A stretch of 29,489 nt of DNA from a virus: positions 1 through 29,489 of the IMG/VR virus record IMGVR_UViG_3300045988_149075. One strand, given 5' to 3'. Both the position numbers and the translations under genes were made by a program. Of the stretch, positions 7,716-16,829 are shown piece after piece. The notes below the pieces were generated by a model. It was given only the letters and a program-made list of their open reading frames with translations, ran no database searches and was not told where the DNA came from. Numbering within the stretch: the first letter of the stretch is position 1; each line of letters begins with the position of its first letter.

Positions 7716-8108
7716 TTATACTTTAGTAAATTTCCCTCGCGTTGAGCCTGTAGCAATGACGCGAATATAGAAATCGACCTCCACAGCTGGCGCAACAATT
7801 CCAAGCATCACCGCCGCTTCGCCATCGGATTGAGGCAACTGGTAAAAAGTCATTTTGGGAAATTGTGTTGAAAAATCAGCGTTAGCTGACACCTGCGGAA
7901 ATAAATCTACAAACAGAGGACCGTCTTTTGGCTTAATATCTGGAATAAATTTAATCACCACGTCAATTATACTATTCCCGCCACCGCGAACATGAAATAC
8001 CTGTGAAACCTGCAGAATAAAGTCGACCAACGAAGCCGCGACCGGATATATAACTTTCCTGGCATTATTTTCATTTTCAAGTGCTCTAATCCTTGATTCT
8101 ACATTCAT
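7716..8108 (-). CDS. Small baseplate/tail protein, paralog 1 (N-terminal coiled coil)
   Basis: 130 aa. The N-terminus MNVESRIRALENENNARK resembles the N-termini of the two following ORFs. Confidence 0.45.
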   Translation of the reverse strand: MNVESRIRALENENNARKVIYPVAASLVDFILQVSQVFHVRGGGNSIIDVVIKFIPDIKPKDGPLFVDLFPQVSANADFSTQFPKMTFYQLPQSDGEAAVMLGIVAPAVEVDFYIRVIATGSTRGKFTKV

Positions 8109-8113
8109 ACCAC

Positions 8114-8509
8114 TTATGCTCCTATATTTTTCAACGTTAAATCACCATCAAGCATCGAATGAACAACAACATCATAAGTAGTAGGCTGCCACGGATCAAG
8201 CCCATATCGATAAATCACCCACTGGGCACCATGAGCATAATTTGTGCGCCTTACACGAGAAACCGAGCCTGAACTAGCCTTCAGCTCCAACTGAGCGATT
8301 GTAGGAATTCTTTTTTTAGTGGTAAATGTCACTAAAACCCTTTCGGTGCTATTAGAAGGAACGCTCCAATAACCGGATAGCGTATTTGGTATAGTCGTTA
8401 TTTTTGCACTGCGAGAATATAGTGGAATTTTAGTCGCCGCTTGATAAAAACCTTGCTTAAGAGCCTTCGATTCGCGCTCCAGCTTATCTAACCACTTTTC
8501 AAGATTCAT
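8114..8509 (-). CDS. Small baseplate/tail protein, paralog 2
   Basis: 131 aa. N-terminus MNLEKWLDKLERESKALKQ. Confidence 0.45.
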   Translation of the reverse strand: MNLEKWLDKLERESKALKQGFYQAATKIPLYSRSAKITTIPNTLSGYWSVPSNSTERVLVTFTTKKRIPTIAQLELKASSGSVSRVRRTNYAHGAQWVIYRYGLDPWQPTTYDVVVHSMLDGDLTLKNIGA

Positions 8510-8979
8510 TGAATTCTCCTCATCGACAAAGTCCCAGCGACAGGCGATATCGCCTGCACGATTAAATCACAGTGGGCACCATCGCGGTCTGGAATCCACC
8601 ACGCAGATGCATCTATACTTATCGCGAATTTAACATAATCTTCACCAATCTCTTTAACCTGTAACCACCAACCATATTCTTCATCGGCGTTTGGATCTCT
8701 ACCTGTCACACCTGGATATGTATGAGGATTTTGATCATGATCGTATGACAGCTGCACCAGAGGCGGTTTTTTGACTCCGTCAGTTCGACGAAAAATGATG
8801 TCCCACTCCGCCACGGCTGTTTTGTCCGGCGCCAGGTATTGACTAATAAAACCGCTCCAAACAGCGGTCGGTAAACTACCCTGAGTTAGCTGTCCATAAT
8901 TTAATGGTGCAGCAACTTTCTGAGCTCTCTGCTCACTCTCGATTGACATTAGTCGACGCGTAATATTATCATTGAACAT
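8506..8979 (-). CDS. Small baseplate/tail protein, paralog 3
   Basis: 157 aa. N-terminus ...RRLMSIESEQRAQK. Confidence 0.45.
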   Translation of the reverse strand: MFNDNITRRLMSIESEQRAQKVAAPLNYGQLTQGSLPTAVWSGFISQYLAPDKTAVAEWDIIFRRTDGVKKPPLVQLSYDHDQNPHTYPGVTGRDPNADEEYGWWLQVKEIGEDYVKFAISIDASAWWIPDRDGAHCDLIVQAISPVAGTLSMRRIQ

Positions 8980-10232
8980 TATTCAACCCTTTTCAGGCGT
9001 GGCGTCACAGTAGCAACACCTTGATTATCCCAACTCGTCTCCATCGCAATTATCCGCATCCAACCGCTGAAGTCGCTGCCATCATCGTTCTCTTCCTGAA
9101 AACGAAACTCATCGCCAAGCGCCAACCCGTTATTTTCGTTAGCCGAATCGCCCCAGACAATAGGGCGACCCACAAGCTTTATCTGCGGAACTAACGAATC
9201 AAAACTGCGCTGTGCTAAAGATTTTTGAGCATATTCTGCAACTGCCGCTTGAGATTTGAGGTTTGATTGCGTTTCATAAACTCGCCAGTAGCAGTTGTCT
9301 TGAACAGCCGCGTGATTGCTAGCACTGGCAAGCTCAGCCGTATCCTCACCGGCTTCAGGATTACCAACCTGTCCATTGCCAGCCACTAGTACATCACTAG
9401 CATAGTCAGCAGACTCTTCAACCGCATAACCACTCGCCCATAATTTATAGACTCCATCGCTCGGATATCTTATGATGATATTTTTACGGCTGCCACGAGG
9501 CTTAAGAATATCAATAATCTGCTCGTTATGATTGTCTGGGTTGACACGAAAAACCACGTCAAATTTTCCAGTTCCCGTTTCATTATTCATCGCATCGCAC
9601 AGCGCCTTACTAACCGTCTGAAAATCATTATATTCAACGGTCTTCAACCTAAGCTCATTCACAATGCCAAATTTCCACCTGATATTCTCGCCGGCTTTTT
9701 TCGCTCTGGTGATAAACTCGCTAATCAAGCTTTGAACAAAGATATGTCCAGGTGTATTTGAAAAGACACGGTGAGGTGACTTCGTGTTATTCTTATCACA
9801 CACCAAATCGCCGCTTAACCTTGCAAAATGTTCAAAGAACTTTAAGTCTAGTTGCTGATCAGATCCATAACCGCTGCGTGCTGGTCTAGTTGCCAAAAAT
9901 CCAGAAAAGCGAGGTAATCCGTCAACTAAAAATACCATGTGAGTTTTACCGACACGCAGTAAAGATTCCGGGTTGTCATCCAGTCGTATTTTTGCATGTT
10001 TTTTGAACTTGGACCAGCTAATGCTAAAAGTAAACTGATCAGCTGTCGCTGAATCTGACTCGCTTTTTAACGCCTCGCTCAGCGCTCGATTTTGAGCAAA
10101 CTTATTGAAGTCGCCAATTAGCGTATCGCCAATATACAGCAATAGCTCGTGTTTTTTATCTGAACTAGCCAATGACATTATTCCACTCCAACTCTGATGT
10201 TGTGGCTCCACCACTTTCCACATCAAATCCAA
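8979..10232 (-). CDS. Tail-associated (Tal / baseplate hub-like) protein
   Basis: 417 aa, immediately after the Dit-like gene in canonical siphovirus order. The true start is probably an internal Met, which would reduce the overlap with Dit. Confidence 0.5.
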   Translation of the reverse strand: MDLMWKVVEPQHQSWSGIMSLASSDKKHELLLYIGDTLIGDFNKFAQNRALSEALKSESDSATADQFTFSISWSKFKKHAKIRLDDNPESLLRVGKTHMVFLVDGLPRFSGFLATRPARSGYGSDQQLDLKFFEHFARLSGDLVCDKNNTKSPHRVFSNTPGHIFVQSLISEFITRAKKAGENIRWKFGIVNELRLKTVEYNDFQTVSKALCDAMNNETGTGKFDVVFRVNPDNHNEQIIDILKPRGSRKNIIIRYPSDGVYKLWASGYAVEESADYASDVLVAGNGQVGNPEAGEDTAELASASNHAAVQDNCYWRVYETQSNLKSQAAVAEYAQKSLAQRSFDSLVPQIKLVGRPIVWGDSANENNGLALGDEFRFQEENDDGSDFSGWMRIIAMETSWDNQGVATVTPRLKRVE

Positions 10233-11058
10233 TTAAATTATTTCCCGGAGCGATTAATAGCTGACCAATAACATTCCTCGAAACGATAGCATCGTTTAGT
10301 CGCGCTTCACCGGTCGAAAAGTCAACGACAAGCGTCTGAGTTGATGATATGCTGCCATGATAAGTTGCCGATGTGTCTGTCGTATTATTCTGAATTGATG
10401 GATTGACAGCAGGACCTCGCAGGACCCAGACAGGATAAACCTTAACGGTTGAAGAAACAAACACGCTGCTTAGCCCACCGCTTGCACCAGCCCAGACCTC
10501 GCCAACTGTATCAAATACTTGCCCTTTGCTGTCCCAAACCTCACCACCAGTTGCGGCTGAGACACGACCCAGCTTTACATTGTTCGAATACACCTCATGA
10601 CCGCTACCGTCTTCGGAATATTCGAACAAGACTGAGTTGCCCACTTTGAATTCGGTTGAAAATGTCGTATTGCCTTCATCTGCTGGCACAGGCAAATCTA
10701 AGCTGCTACTCCGCCAAGCCCCTTTAATAGCAAATAGCTGACCGTCTCGTCTTCCATAAACCAAGGTAAATGTATGATTGGCAGCAAAAAAGCTACTAAT
10801 CATACTGTATAGCCTCCAAAAACCACTCTCTTTAGGCAAGATCAACCCATTGATTGATTGGGTGTAGGTAGACAGTCTCTGACGAATCATTTCGCCGCCA
10901 TCTGTATCGGTGTAGTCTATGTCTGAAGTGTCGAGGTCTGGTCGTTGCAGTAAGCTATTGTCGGCGCTCAGCGTTATTTCAGGACCAGTAAGATCAAGAC
11001 GCTCACCGTCATCCCTCACTACTGCCACCAAGCTAAATTTACCACGTAAAGTTATCAT
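10165..11058 (-). CDS. Distal tail protein (Dit-like)
   Basis: 297 aa. Directly follows the tape measure gene with a 4-nt overlap. Beta-rich. Confidence 0.55.
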   Translation of the reverse strand: MITLRGKFSLVAVVRDDGERLDLTGPEITLSADNSLLQRPDLDTSDIDYTDTDGGEMIRQRLSTYTQSINGLILPKESGFWRLYSMISSFFAANHTFTLVYGRRDGQLFAIKGAWRSSSLDLPVPADEGNTTFSTEFKVGNSVLFEYSEDGSGHEVYSNNVKLGRVSAATGGEVWDSKGQVFDTVGEVWAGASGGLSSVFVSSTVKVYPVWVLRGPAVNPSIQNNTTDTSATYHGSISSTQTLVVDFSTGEARLNDAIVSRNVIGQLLIAPGNNLIGFDVESGGATTSELEWNNVIG

Positions 11059-13412
11059 CCCATCACCCTCCCTTTTCGCAAGGCGATTATTTTACTAATT
11101 TCATCAGCAAGCTCTTTTGGATCACGATTATAACCGTTGATATTAATAGTCTGATACAACGTATTGCCAGCGCTGCCAGTCGTGTTTATGTCATTCAGCT
11201 TGTCGTAGCCAATCTTACGTGCAGATGACGCCTTAATGACATACTCGCCGTTTGAGAGTAGCATTGGAATTGAATCGCTAGTTGGACCACCAGGACCGAA
11301 TACTGGACCACCCTTAGCGCGCTTACCCAACTTAAAGCCGGATAAATTGACTGGGTTAGCTTTCACACCAACCGCTTTTAGGGCGTTGCCGATACCAGGA
11401 ATATTGATGATATTATTAATCACTTTATTCAGCGAATCTTGCAGCAAGTCAATCATGCCGTCTAACAAGCCAGCAGTAAAGTTGCGTGTGATTCCGTAGC
11501 CAGTACCGTACCAGTCTTGCCCTCCAACAGAACTGATCAAGTTAGCGATAGAGTTGATGATTTTGGATATTCCATTCGATATAGAATCCACCACGCGTGA
11601 TATAGCATTACCGGCGCTCTCAATTACGCCGCCGATTGAGTTGAACACGTCAGTCAGACCGCCGGCTACTGCATTTGTAAGCGGGATAACAGCTTCATTT
11701 GTCAACCTGATTATAGTGGTAGTAACCGCAGACAGCACGACCAAAAACGTGCCTACTAAAAACGCTGCCAGCGGGATTACTACCATATTCAAAAAATCTC
11801 TTAGCCCTGGCGATACGATACCAAGCGCACCGCCGATTAGCAGGATTGCGGCTGCCACACCGGCAGCAGCTGCAGTGAATGACAGTACACCCACCAGCAC
11901 ATCCGGTGATGCCAAAGCCTTAAAGAATCCAGCAACAGTCTCGCCTGCACCCTTGAAGAACTCTTTTACCGGCTGCCAAGCACTCTGTATGGCACCACCA
12001 GCCAAAGTCCCCATCTCCTTAAAAAAGTTAGCCATGCTCTTACCAAAAGTAAACTCTCTCGGCGCTTTCTTGACTGCGGATGATAACTTATCCACGCCGC
12101 CTGCTGCCGTATCAGCCGACGTCCCGACTGCGCTGCCAGCGCCCTCCATTGTTTTCGTCACAGCATCAACCGAACCTTTAGCAGCCTTCAAATCTTTGAA
12201 TTTACCTATCAACGTCTGAGCGCCGCCGATGACGCCAGTAAAAATACCCTTGCCTAGCTTTGCCCACGGCTTTAGCGTATCAAGCGCAGAACGCGCACCG
12301 CCTGTAGCTATCTGCAAAGCCTTGAATCCAACAGCTAACTTTACAATATTAGCGATTAGCTCTGGATTATTTTTAGCAAAGTCAAATAGCTTGCGAATAG
12401 TATCCACAGCGTCTTTTAATCCCTGAGCCAATTCTGGCGATTGTTTTTTAATCTCCTCAAAAACAGTCTTCAGCATGCTTTTTATGACTGGTGCCAAATT
12501 CTGTAAGAATTGTTTTGCGCTGGCTAGAAATATATTGAACGACTCTTCAAAATTACCGTTTGGATCAGCCAGTGATGTTAGCATATTATCAAATGCAGCT
12601 TTAGCAGCATTAAAACTACCGCTAATTGTCGATGACGCCTCCTTAGCTGAGGTGCCAGTAATATCAAGCTTAGTTTGAATACTATGTATAGCCTCGATAA
12701 CCTTATCAAACGGAATACTGCTGACGTTTTTAGCTGTCGCCTTAAACGTCTTACCCATCACACCACTATCGTTGATAAGGCGTGCCATCTCGCTTGCAGT
12801 ACCACCGTAGCCAAGCTTCAAGTTGTCGAGCATGGTATAGTTGTTCTTTGCAAATCCCTGATATGCGTACTGAATTGATTCCATCGACGTACCCATTTTA
12901 TTTGCATTGTCAGCCATGTCAGTGATAGCCATGTCTGCTATCTTCGTGGCTTTAGCGGTGTCACCTTTTAATCCCTGTAACAATGACGCAGAAAAACTCG
13001 TAACAGTATCCATATACTGATTAGCTGATAACTGAGCTGTTTTGTATGCATTCTTGGCGTATTGGACCACCTCACCCGAATTCTTCTTGAAGAGTGTTTC
13101 CACACCACCAACAAGCTGCTCATACTCAGCGAACTGCTTAACAGCATATGTAGCAATACCTCCCAGCCCGACCATCGCGCCAGCTGCCAGTGACTTAAAT
13201 TTAGAGAACGCTTCATCGGACCGTTTGCCAAACTCTGAAAACGCCTCACCAAAAGCCGCTTTAGATGACGCTAAAAAACTGCTCTTAAATTTAGAGCCAA
13301 AGTTATTACTGGCACCATCACCAGCGTCACCAAGTGCTTTCTTGATGTCGTTAGAAACCCCTTTGAGAGAGGGCTTTATCTGAATCCATGCTGTACCGAT
13401 TGAAGTTGCCAT
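11055..13412 (-). CDS. Tape measure protein
   Basis: 785 aa. Ala/Gly/Lys-rich helical sequence with a hydrophobic TM-like central block. Positioned after the G/GT chaperones. Confidence 0.85.
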   Translation of the reverse strand: MATSIGTAWIQIKPSLKGVSNDIKKALGDAGDGASNNFGSKFKSSFLASSKAAFGEAFSEFGKRSDEAFSKFKSLAAGAMVGLGGIATYAVKQFAEYEQLVGGVETLFKKNSGEVVQYAKNAYKTAQLSANQYMDTVTSFSASLLQGLKGDTAKATKIADMAITDMADNANKMGTSMESIQYAYQGFAKNNYTMLDNLKLGYGGTASEMARLINDSGVMGKTFKATAKNVSSIPFDKVIEAIHSIQTKLDITGTSAKEASSTISGSFNAAKAAFDNMLTSLADPNGNFEESFNIFLASAKQFLQNLAPVIKSMLKTVFEEIKKQSPELAQGLKDAVDTIRKLFDFAKNNPELIANIVKLAVGFKALQIATGGARSALDTLKPWAKLGKGIFTGVIGGAQTLIGKFKDLKAAKGSVDAVTKTMEGAGSAVGTSADTAAGGVDKLSSAVKKAPREFTFGKSMANFFKEMGTLAGGAIQSAWQPVKEFFKGAGETVAGFFKALASPDVLVGVLSFTAAAAGVAAAILLIGGALGIVSPGLRDFLNMVVIPLAAFLVGTFLVVLSAVTTTIIRLTNEAVIPLTNAVAGGLTDVFNSIGGVIESAGNAISRVVDSISNGISKIINSIANLISSVGGQDWYGTGYGITRNFTAGLLDGMIDLLQDSLNKVINNIINIPGIGNALKAVGVKANPVNLSGFKLGKRAKGGPVFGPGGPTSDSIPMLLSNGEYVIKASSARKIGYDKLNDINTTGSAGNTLYQTININGYNRDPKELADEISKIIALRKGRVMG

Positions 13413-13485
13413 AAAAAATGCGAATAAATAGTTTATTTATCCGCATTTGCCGCAAGCGTGGCGTTGTAATGATTATATTATATCA
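13408..13485 (-). promoter_or_regulatory. Late promoter cassette A (78-bp exact repeat of 19029..19106): extended -10 TGATATAAT, conserved leader, hairpin and U6 abutting the tape measure ATG
   Basis: Minus strand reads TGATATAAT, then CAACGCCACGCTTGCGGCAAATGCGG, then hairpin GCGGAUAAAUA-AAC-UAUUUAUUCGC (complement of 13420..13444), then AUUUUUU-AUG. Confidence 0.65.
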
Positions 13486-13767
13486 TATGCTAAGGTTTTC
13501 GACAAAAGACCCCAGCCAACCTGGCTTAGTCTTCAACGCGCCAGCAGTCCGCTTGTCAGCAGCCTTAATCATCACTCGTTGACGAAATGCCGTCGGCTCT
13601 GTCATAAGCTCAAAGTTGCCCTCAAAACCAAACTCCACTACAAATTGCGCTCTCACTGTATCCAGAATACGATTCATGTTCTGCATCTGGATCTGCGCTA
13701 TGCCTGGATTATTGCGAAGTATGTCCGCGCCGCCAGATTTATCAAGAATAAAATCTACATTTGACAT
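13483..13767 (-). CDS. Hypothetical protein, divergent partner of the nuclease gene
   Basis: 94-aa ORF. Its TGA stop is the TG-A of the extended -10 of cassette A. Confidence 0.45.
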   Translation of the reverse strand: MSNVDFILDKSGGADILRNNPGIAQIQMQNMNRILDTVRAQFVVEFGFEGNFELMTEPTAFRQRVMIKAADKRTAGALKTKPGWLGSFVENLSI

Positions 13768-13796
13768 ATCTACATAATATCACATAGTATATTATT

Positions 13797-13825
13797 TTGC
13801 ATTTTGAGTATACTATTGTTACAAT
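13797..13825 (+). promoter_or_regulatory. Sigma-70-type promoter TTGCAT-17-TACAAT (plus strand) inside the palindrome TTGCATTT...AAATGCAA
   Basis: -35 at 13797..13802, -10 at 13820..13825. The inverted repeat TTGCATTT (13797..13804) / AAATGCAA (13826..13833) spans the promoter. Confidence 0.6.
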
Positions 13826-13856
13826 AAATGCAAGTTTTAAGATAAAAGAGGATATT

Positions 13857-14513
13857 ATGTCTACAGAGTTTCAAGAGAAAGCTTGTGAAAAAGCATTACG
13901 CGAATATCGCAAAAAATACTTAACAAAAAAGGAAAACCTCAATGCTGATGAATCGACAGCGCGATTGATGGTCAATAGTTTACTCAGCACTGTGCTTGGA
14001 TACACGTTAATTGACGAGATAAAGACTGAGCATATGATACGCGGTACCTACGTTGATTATGTCGTACAATTAAACAAGAAGATTCATTTTATTGTTGAAG
14101 CCAAAGCAACTTCTATCGATCTAAATGAACGACACTTAAAACAAGCGGTTGACTATGCCTCAAACGAAGGCGTTGACTGGGTCATTCTGACAAATGGTCG
14201 CTGTATTGAGTTGCACCGTGTCATTTTTGAGAAGCCGATTCGCTCGCAGCGTATCTTCGCATATGACCTGACAAATCTGTCAACAATCCGCACTGCTGCT
14301 AAGCACCTAGTCAACCTTACTAAGAAATCTGTATTAAAAGGCGATTTGGACAAGTACTGGAAGCGATTTGATGCATTGACCGAAGACAACATGAGAAAAG
14401 CTATCAAGTCACCTGATGTCGTTCGCAGTTTGCGCTTGTTTATTAAGAAAAAGTCAACAATCAACTTCACCGACGCTGAAATTGCTAAGGCTCTTGATAA
14501 ACTGATCAGCTAG
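13857..14513 (+). CDS. PD-(D/E)xK nuclease-fold protein resembling the N-terminal domain of type I restriction HsdR (HSDR_N-like)
   Basis: Start taken at the internal ATG at 13857, which has RBS AAAGAGGA; the track ORF begins with TTG at 13797. Motif VDYVVQLNKKIHFIVEAKA fits D...E-x-K. The stop codon overlaps the GT stop as CTAG. Confidence 0.6.
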   Translation: MSTEFQEKACEKALREYRKKYLTKKENLNADESTARLMVNSLLSTVLGYTLIDEIKTEHMIRGTYVDYVVQLNKKIHFIVEAKATSIDLNERHLKQAVDYASNEGVDWVILTNGRCIELHRVIFEKPIRSQRIFAYDLTNLSTIRTAAKHLVNLTKKSVLKGDLDKYWKRFDALTEDNMRKAIKSPDVVRSLRLFIKKKSTINFTDAEIAKALDKLIS

Positions 14514-14971
14514 TCCTGATATTGCGCGTTCGGGTTCAGATGTTGCCATAAATCTTTTAAGTCATCCTGCTCTTCCGCTTGCTGTTTCTTACGATCTTTA
14601 TCAAGCTGTTTGCGCATTTCAGCAACATACTCTGGCTCAAACTTCTTCATAGCTTTAGCAGGCTTAGCAGTTTTGCGTTTATTCATATTATAAGTCAGTG
14701 TTGTGAGTATATTCAGCTCTTGTAGTATTTGGCTCAACGTTTCGTCGCGCCATGTCCAGCTAGCTGATGGCACTAGCTTGCGGAAAATCCTGCTTTCTAC
14801 TGGCAAATTCTCAAATAGCCTAGCATAGCGTAAGAAACCGCTTCGACGTCCGTCGGTATCCGGGCAAGCTTCTAATAAGTTCAGATGGTAATACTGTTGG
14901 AAATCAGCTTCAACTAGACTAAATTCTTCCACGAACGCCGCTGCGCTCGATTGCCAGCTTTTGGGAAGCAT
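14510..14971 (-). CDS. Tail assembly chaperone, -1 frameshift extension (GT-like; expressed as a fusion with 14914..15231)
   Basis: Overlaps the upstream G-like ORF by 58 nt in the -1 frame. Slippery heptamer C_CCA_AAA lies in the overlap (complement of 14949..14955). Confidence 0.65.
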   Translation of the reverse strand: MLPKSWQSSAAAFVEEFSLVEADFQQYYHLNLLEACPDTDGRRSGFLRYARLFENLPVESRIFRKLVPSASWTWRDETLSQILQELNILTTLTYNMNKRKTAKPAKAMKKFEPEYVAEMRKQLDKDRKKQQAEEQDDLKDLWQHLNPNAQYQD

Positions 14972-15231
14972 TCGTCCACCTTCGCAGTAATCTCTAGTAG
15001 CGCTTTCTGCGAGAAGTAACCATATTCTTTCTCGATATAAACACGAATGTCATCATAAACCTTATCACCACCAATCAACGCCATGTACATAGTCACTAGC
15101 TCAGAGATATTGCCAGTTCGGTGCGCTTCAGATAAGTCACTAATGAAATCAAAGTCGTCCATTAGCTGCATATTGACATCAACGGTGTATCCATCCCAAA
15201 GTTCAATTGTCTTTTTTGGCTCACTCGCCAT
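14914..15231 (-). CDS. Tail assembly chaperone (G-like)
   Basis: 105-aa acidic protein between the major tail protein and the tape measure. RBS GGAGGG. Confidence 0.65.
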   Translation of the reverse strand: MASEPKKTIELWDGYTVDVNMQLMDDFDFISDLSEAHRTGNISELVTMYMALIGGDKVYDDIRVYIEKEYGYFSQKALLEITAKVDECFPKAGNRAQRRSWKNLV

Positions 15232-15270
15232 ATTATCCCTCCATAAGAATTACATGATATATATTATAAC

Positions 15271-15302
15271 AAAAAAACGACTATTTTGCAAGTCGTTTTT
15301 TT
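15271..15302. terminator. Bidirectional rho-independent terminator between the major tail protein and G
   Basis: AAAAAAACGACT-ATTTTGCA-AGTCGTTTTTTT: a 6-bp stem flanked by an A-tract and a T-tract. Confidence 0.65.
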
Positions 15303-15322
15303 GCGTGTGCTCTTCCCAATCT

Positions 15323-15904
15323 CTAGGATTTCTTAGAGTAATACTCCTTTACATACACCAATTTACCAGCGGCGTCCGCAAACTTATACGCAGTCAGAGA
15401 TACCGGCACAGTAATAGCATCTGAGTTGTTGAACGTCATGTCACCAGAGCGATCAGTAAACTGTGCGTCGCCTAGAATTTGACGGTGACGCCGGACCCCA
15501 CCACTGTTAGTCTCGATAGTCTCGCAGACAAACACACCGTGAGGTAAGATTTCACCAGTGTCATCAATGGTGATTGCGCCATCGGTTTCAATCTTGACAT
15601 TACCTTTACCATAACGGAACTGCAAGACTGATACACGCGATGACTCTAGCAGGTTAAACGTAAAGTTACGTCCGTAGCTTGTCTGGTTGCGGGCGACAGT
15701 CTCAGGACCCCAAGCCTTAATGTCATCACCCTCTTCTGCCGTTGTTGAAGTCAAACCATCTTCAGTCACATAACCCAGATTCACAAATTCGCTTGCGAGT
15801 GGTGTGGTGGCGTCAGTTGGTAGCGTTGTACCCAGAGGCGCCCAATATAGAGCGCCTTTCGGGTTAGGCAGACCAATCGCAATATTGCTCTTGTCGTTGC
15901 CCAT
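15323..15904 (-). CDS. Major tail protein
   Basis: 193 aa. N-terminal region IAIGLPNPKGALYWAPLGTTLPTD is typical of siphovirus major tail proteins. Sits immediately before the G/GT chaperones. Confidence 0.7.
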   Translation of the reverse strand: MGNDKSNIAIGLPNPKGALYWAPLGTTLPTDATTPLASEFVNLGYVTEDGLTSTTAEEGDDIKAWGPETVARNQTSYGRNFTFNLLESSRVSVLQFRYGKGNVKIETDGAITIDDTGEILPHGVFVCETIETNSGGVRRHRQILGDAQFTDRSGDMTFNNSDAITVPVSLTAYKFADAAGKLVYVKEYYSKKS

Positions 15905-15905
15905 G

Positions 15906-16796
15906 TTACGCCGCCTTTACAACAGCAAACGCCTTAGTGTCCAAAATCTGGAAGCCGAACGGCAACTCCATGCGGATACCAATTTGGTTGTGTCCAGCCA
16001 AGTCTTTGCCTGTATTATCAAAGTCACCAGCTGTGTGAACGCGCCATTCAGCTACTCCAGCGAAGCCGAGAAGCAATTGACTCCAGTCACCAAGCACCAG
16101 CTTAGTTTTCTTGTCACGCGCAACTTCTGGTGATGTTGCAGCAGGTTTTCCAGCCAACATATTACCGCTCAAGCCGAATACACCCAACTCTGGATATTTC
16201 TTCTGGTTACCTTCAATAACTGTCGAGAGTAGCTTGGATGCATCACTTGAAATAGCCACACCGTTGATGTTCTGCTCCTCCAGCTCAGTTACAGCCGTAG
16301 CAAAGTCTGTATCAAGAGTTGTCGCAGTAGTACCGGTTGTCGGAACTAGAATGCTTGAGCCAGATTTAGTCATGTAGGTAGTTAGCTCAGTGTCAACTGT
16401 GCCAGTAGATGGATTCATACCATGTAGCACGATAGTATCCAAATCTAACCCCAACGACTTTGTTAGCCAGTTGTCAACCAAGCGGCTAATAAAGTCAGCC
16501 TGTTTTGCTTCTGTCCAGCGCATAAACTCTTCAGTAACGCGCTGCGAATAGACCAACTTCGCTGTCGTGAACGGCTTAGATACTACCTTGCGTCCGTTGT
16601 CAGGCTTTGCACCGCCCTCGTGGACAAGTGCACCGCGAGCGCGACCTTCCATCACGAACGGCTTGTTTTCGCCAATGTTAATAGTCGGTGTTTCAGGAAC
16701 TAAAGACAATACAGCTCCCGAGAAAGTGCCGCCAGTTGAGAACATCTTATCAAGCGGCTCAGCAATATCAAGTGTGTGCAGATCAGTTACTGCCAT
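15906..16796 (-). CDS. Major capsid protein
   Basis: 296 aa, following the scaffold-like gene. Size and position are consistent with an HK97-fold capsid protein. Confidence 0.65.
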   Translation of the reverse strand: MAVTDLHTLDIAEPLDKMFSTGGTFSGAVLSLVPETPTINIGENKPFVMEGRARGALVHEGGAKPDNGRKVVSKPFTTAKLVYSQRVTEEFMRWTEAKQADFISRLVDNWLTKSLGLDLDTIVLHGMNPSTGTVDTELTTYMTKSGSSILVPTTGTTATTLDTDFATAVTELEEQNINGVAISSDASKLLSTVIEGNQKKYPELGVFGLSGNMLAGKPAATSPEVARDKKTKLVLGDWSQLLLGFAGVAEWRVHTAGDFDNTGKDLAGHNQIGIRMELPFGFQILDTKAFAVVKAA

Positions 16797-16829
16797 AATA
16801 TTACCCTCCTTGGATAATAGTTAGGTTAA

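Noticed and set aside
11554-12219. 221-aa plus-strand ORF, and several other plus-strand ORFs, inside the tape measure gene
   Set aside because: Antisense to a clearly coding, compositionally biased minus-strand gene. The low-complexity Ala/Pro/Thr-rich translation is typical of a shadow ORF.
13447-13764. Plus-strand ORFs 13447..13764 and 19068..19412 (also 19039..19701), which share the N-terminus MPQAWRCNDYII
   Set aside because: The shared N-termini arise only because both begin inside the 78-bp repeated promoter cassette. TTG starts, no RBS, antisense to real genes.
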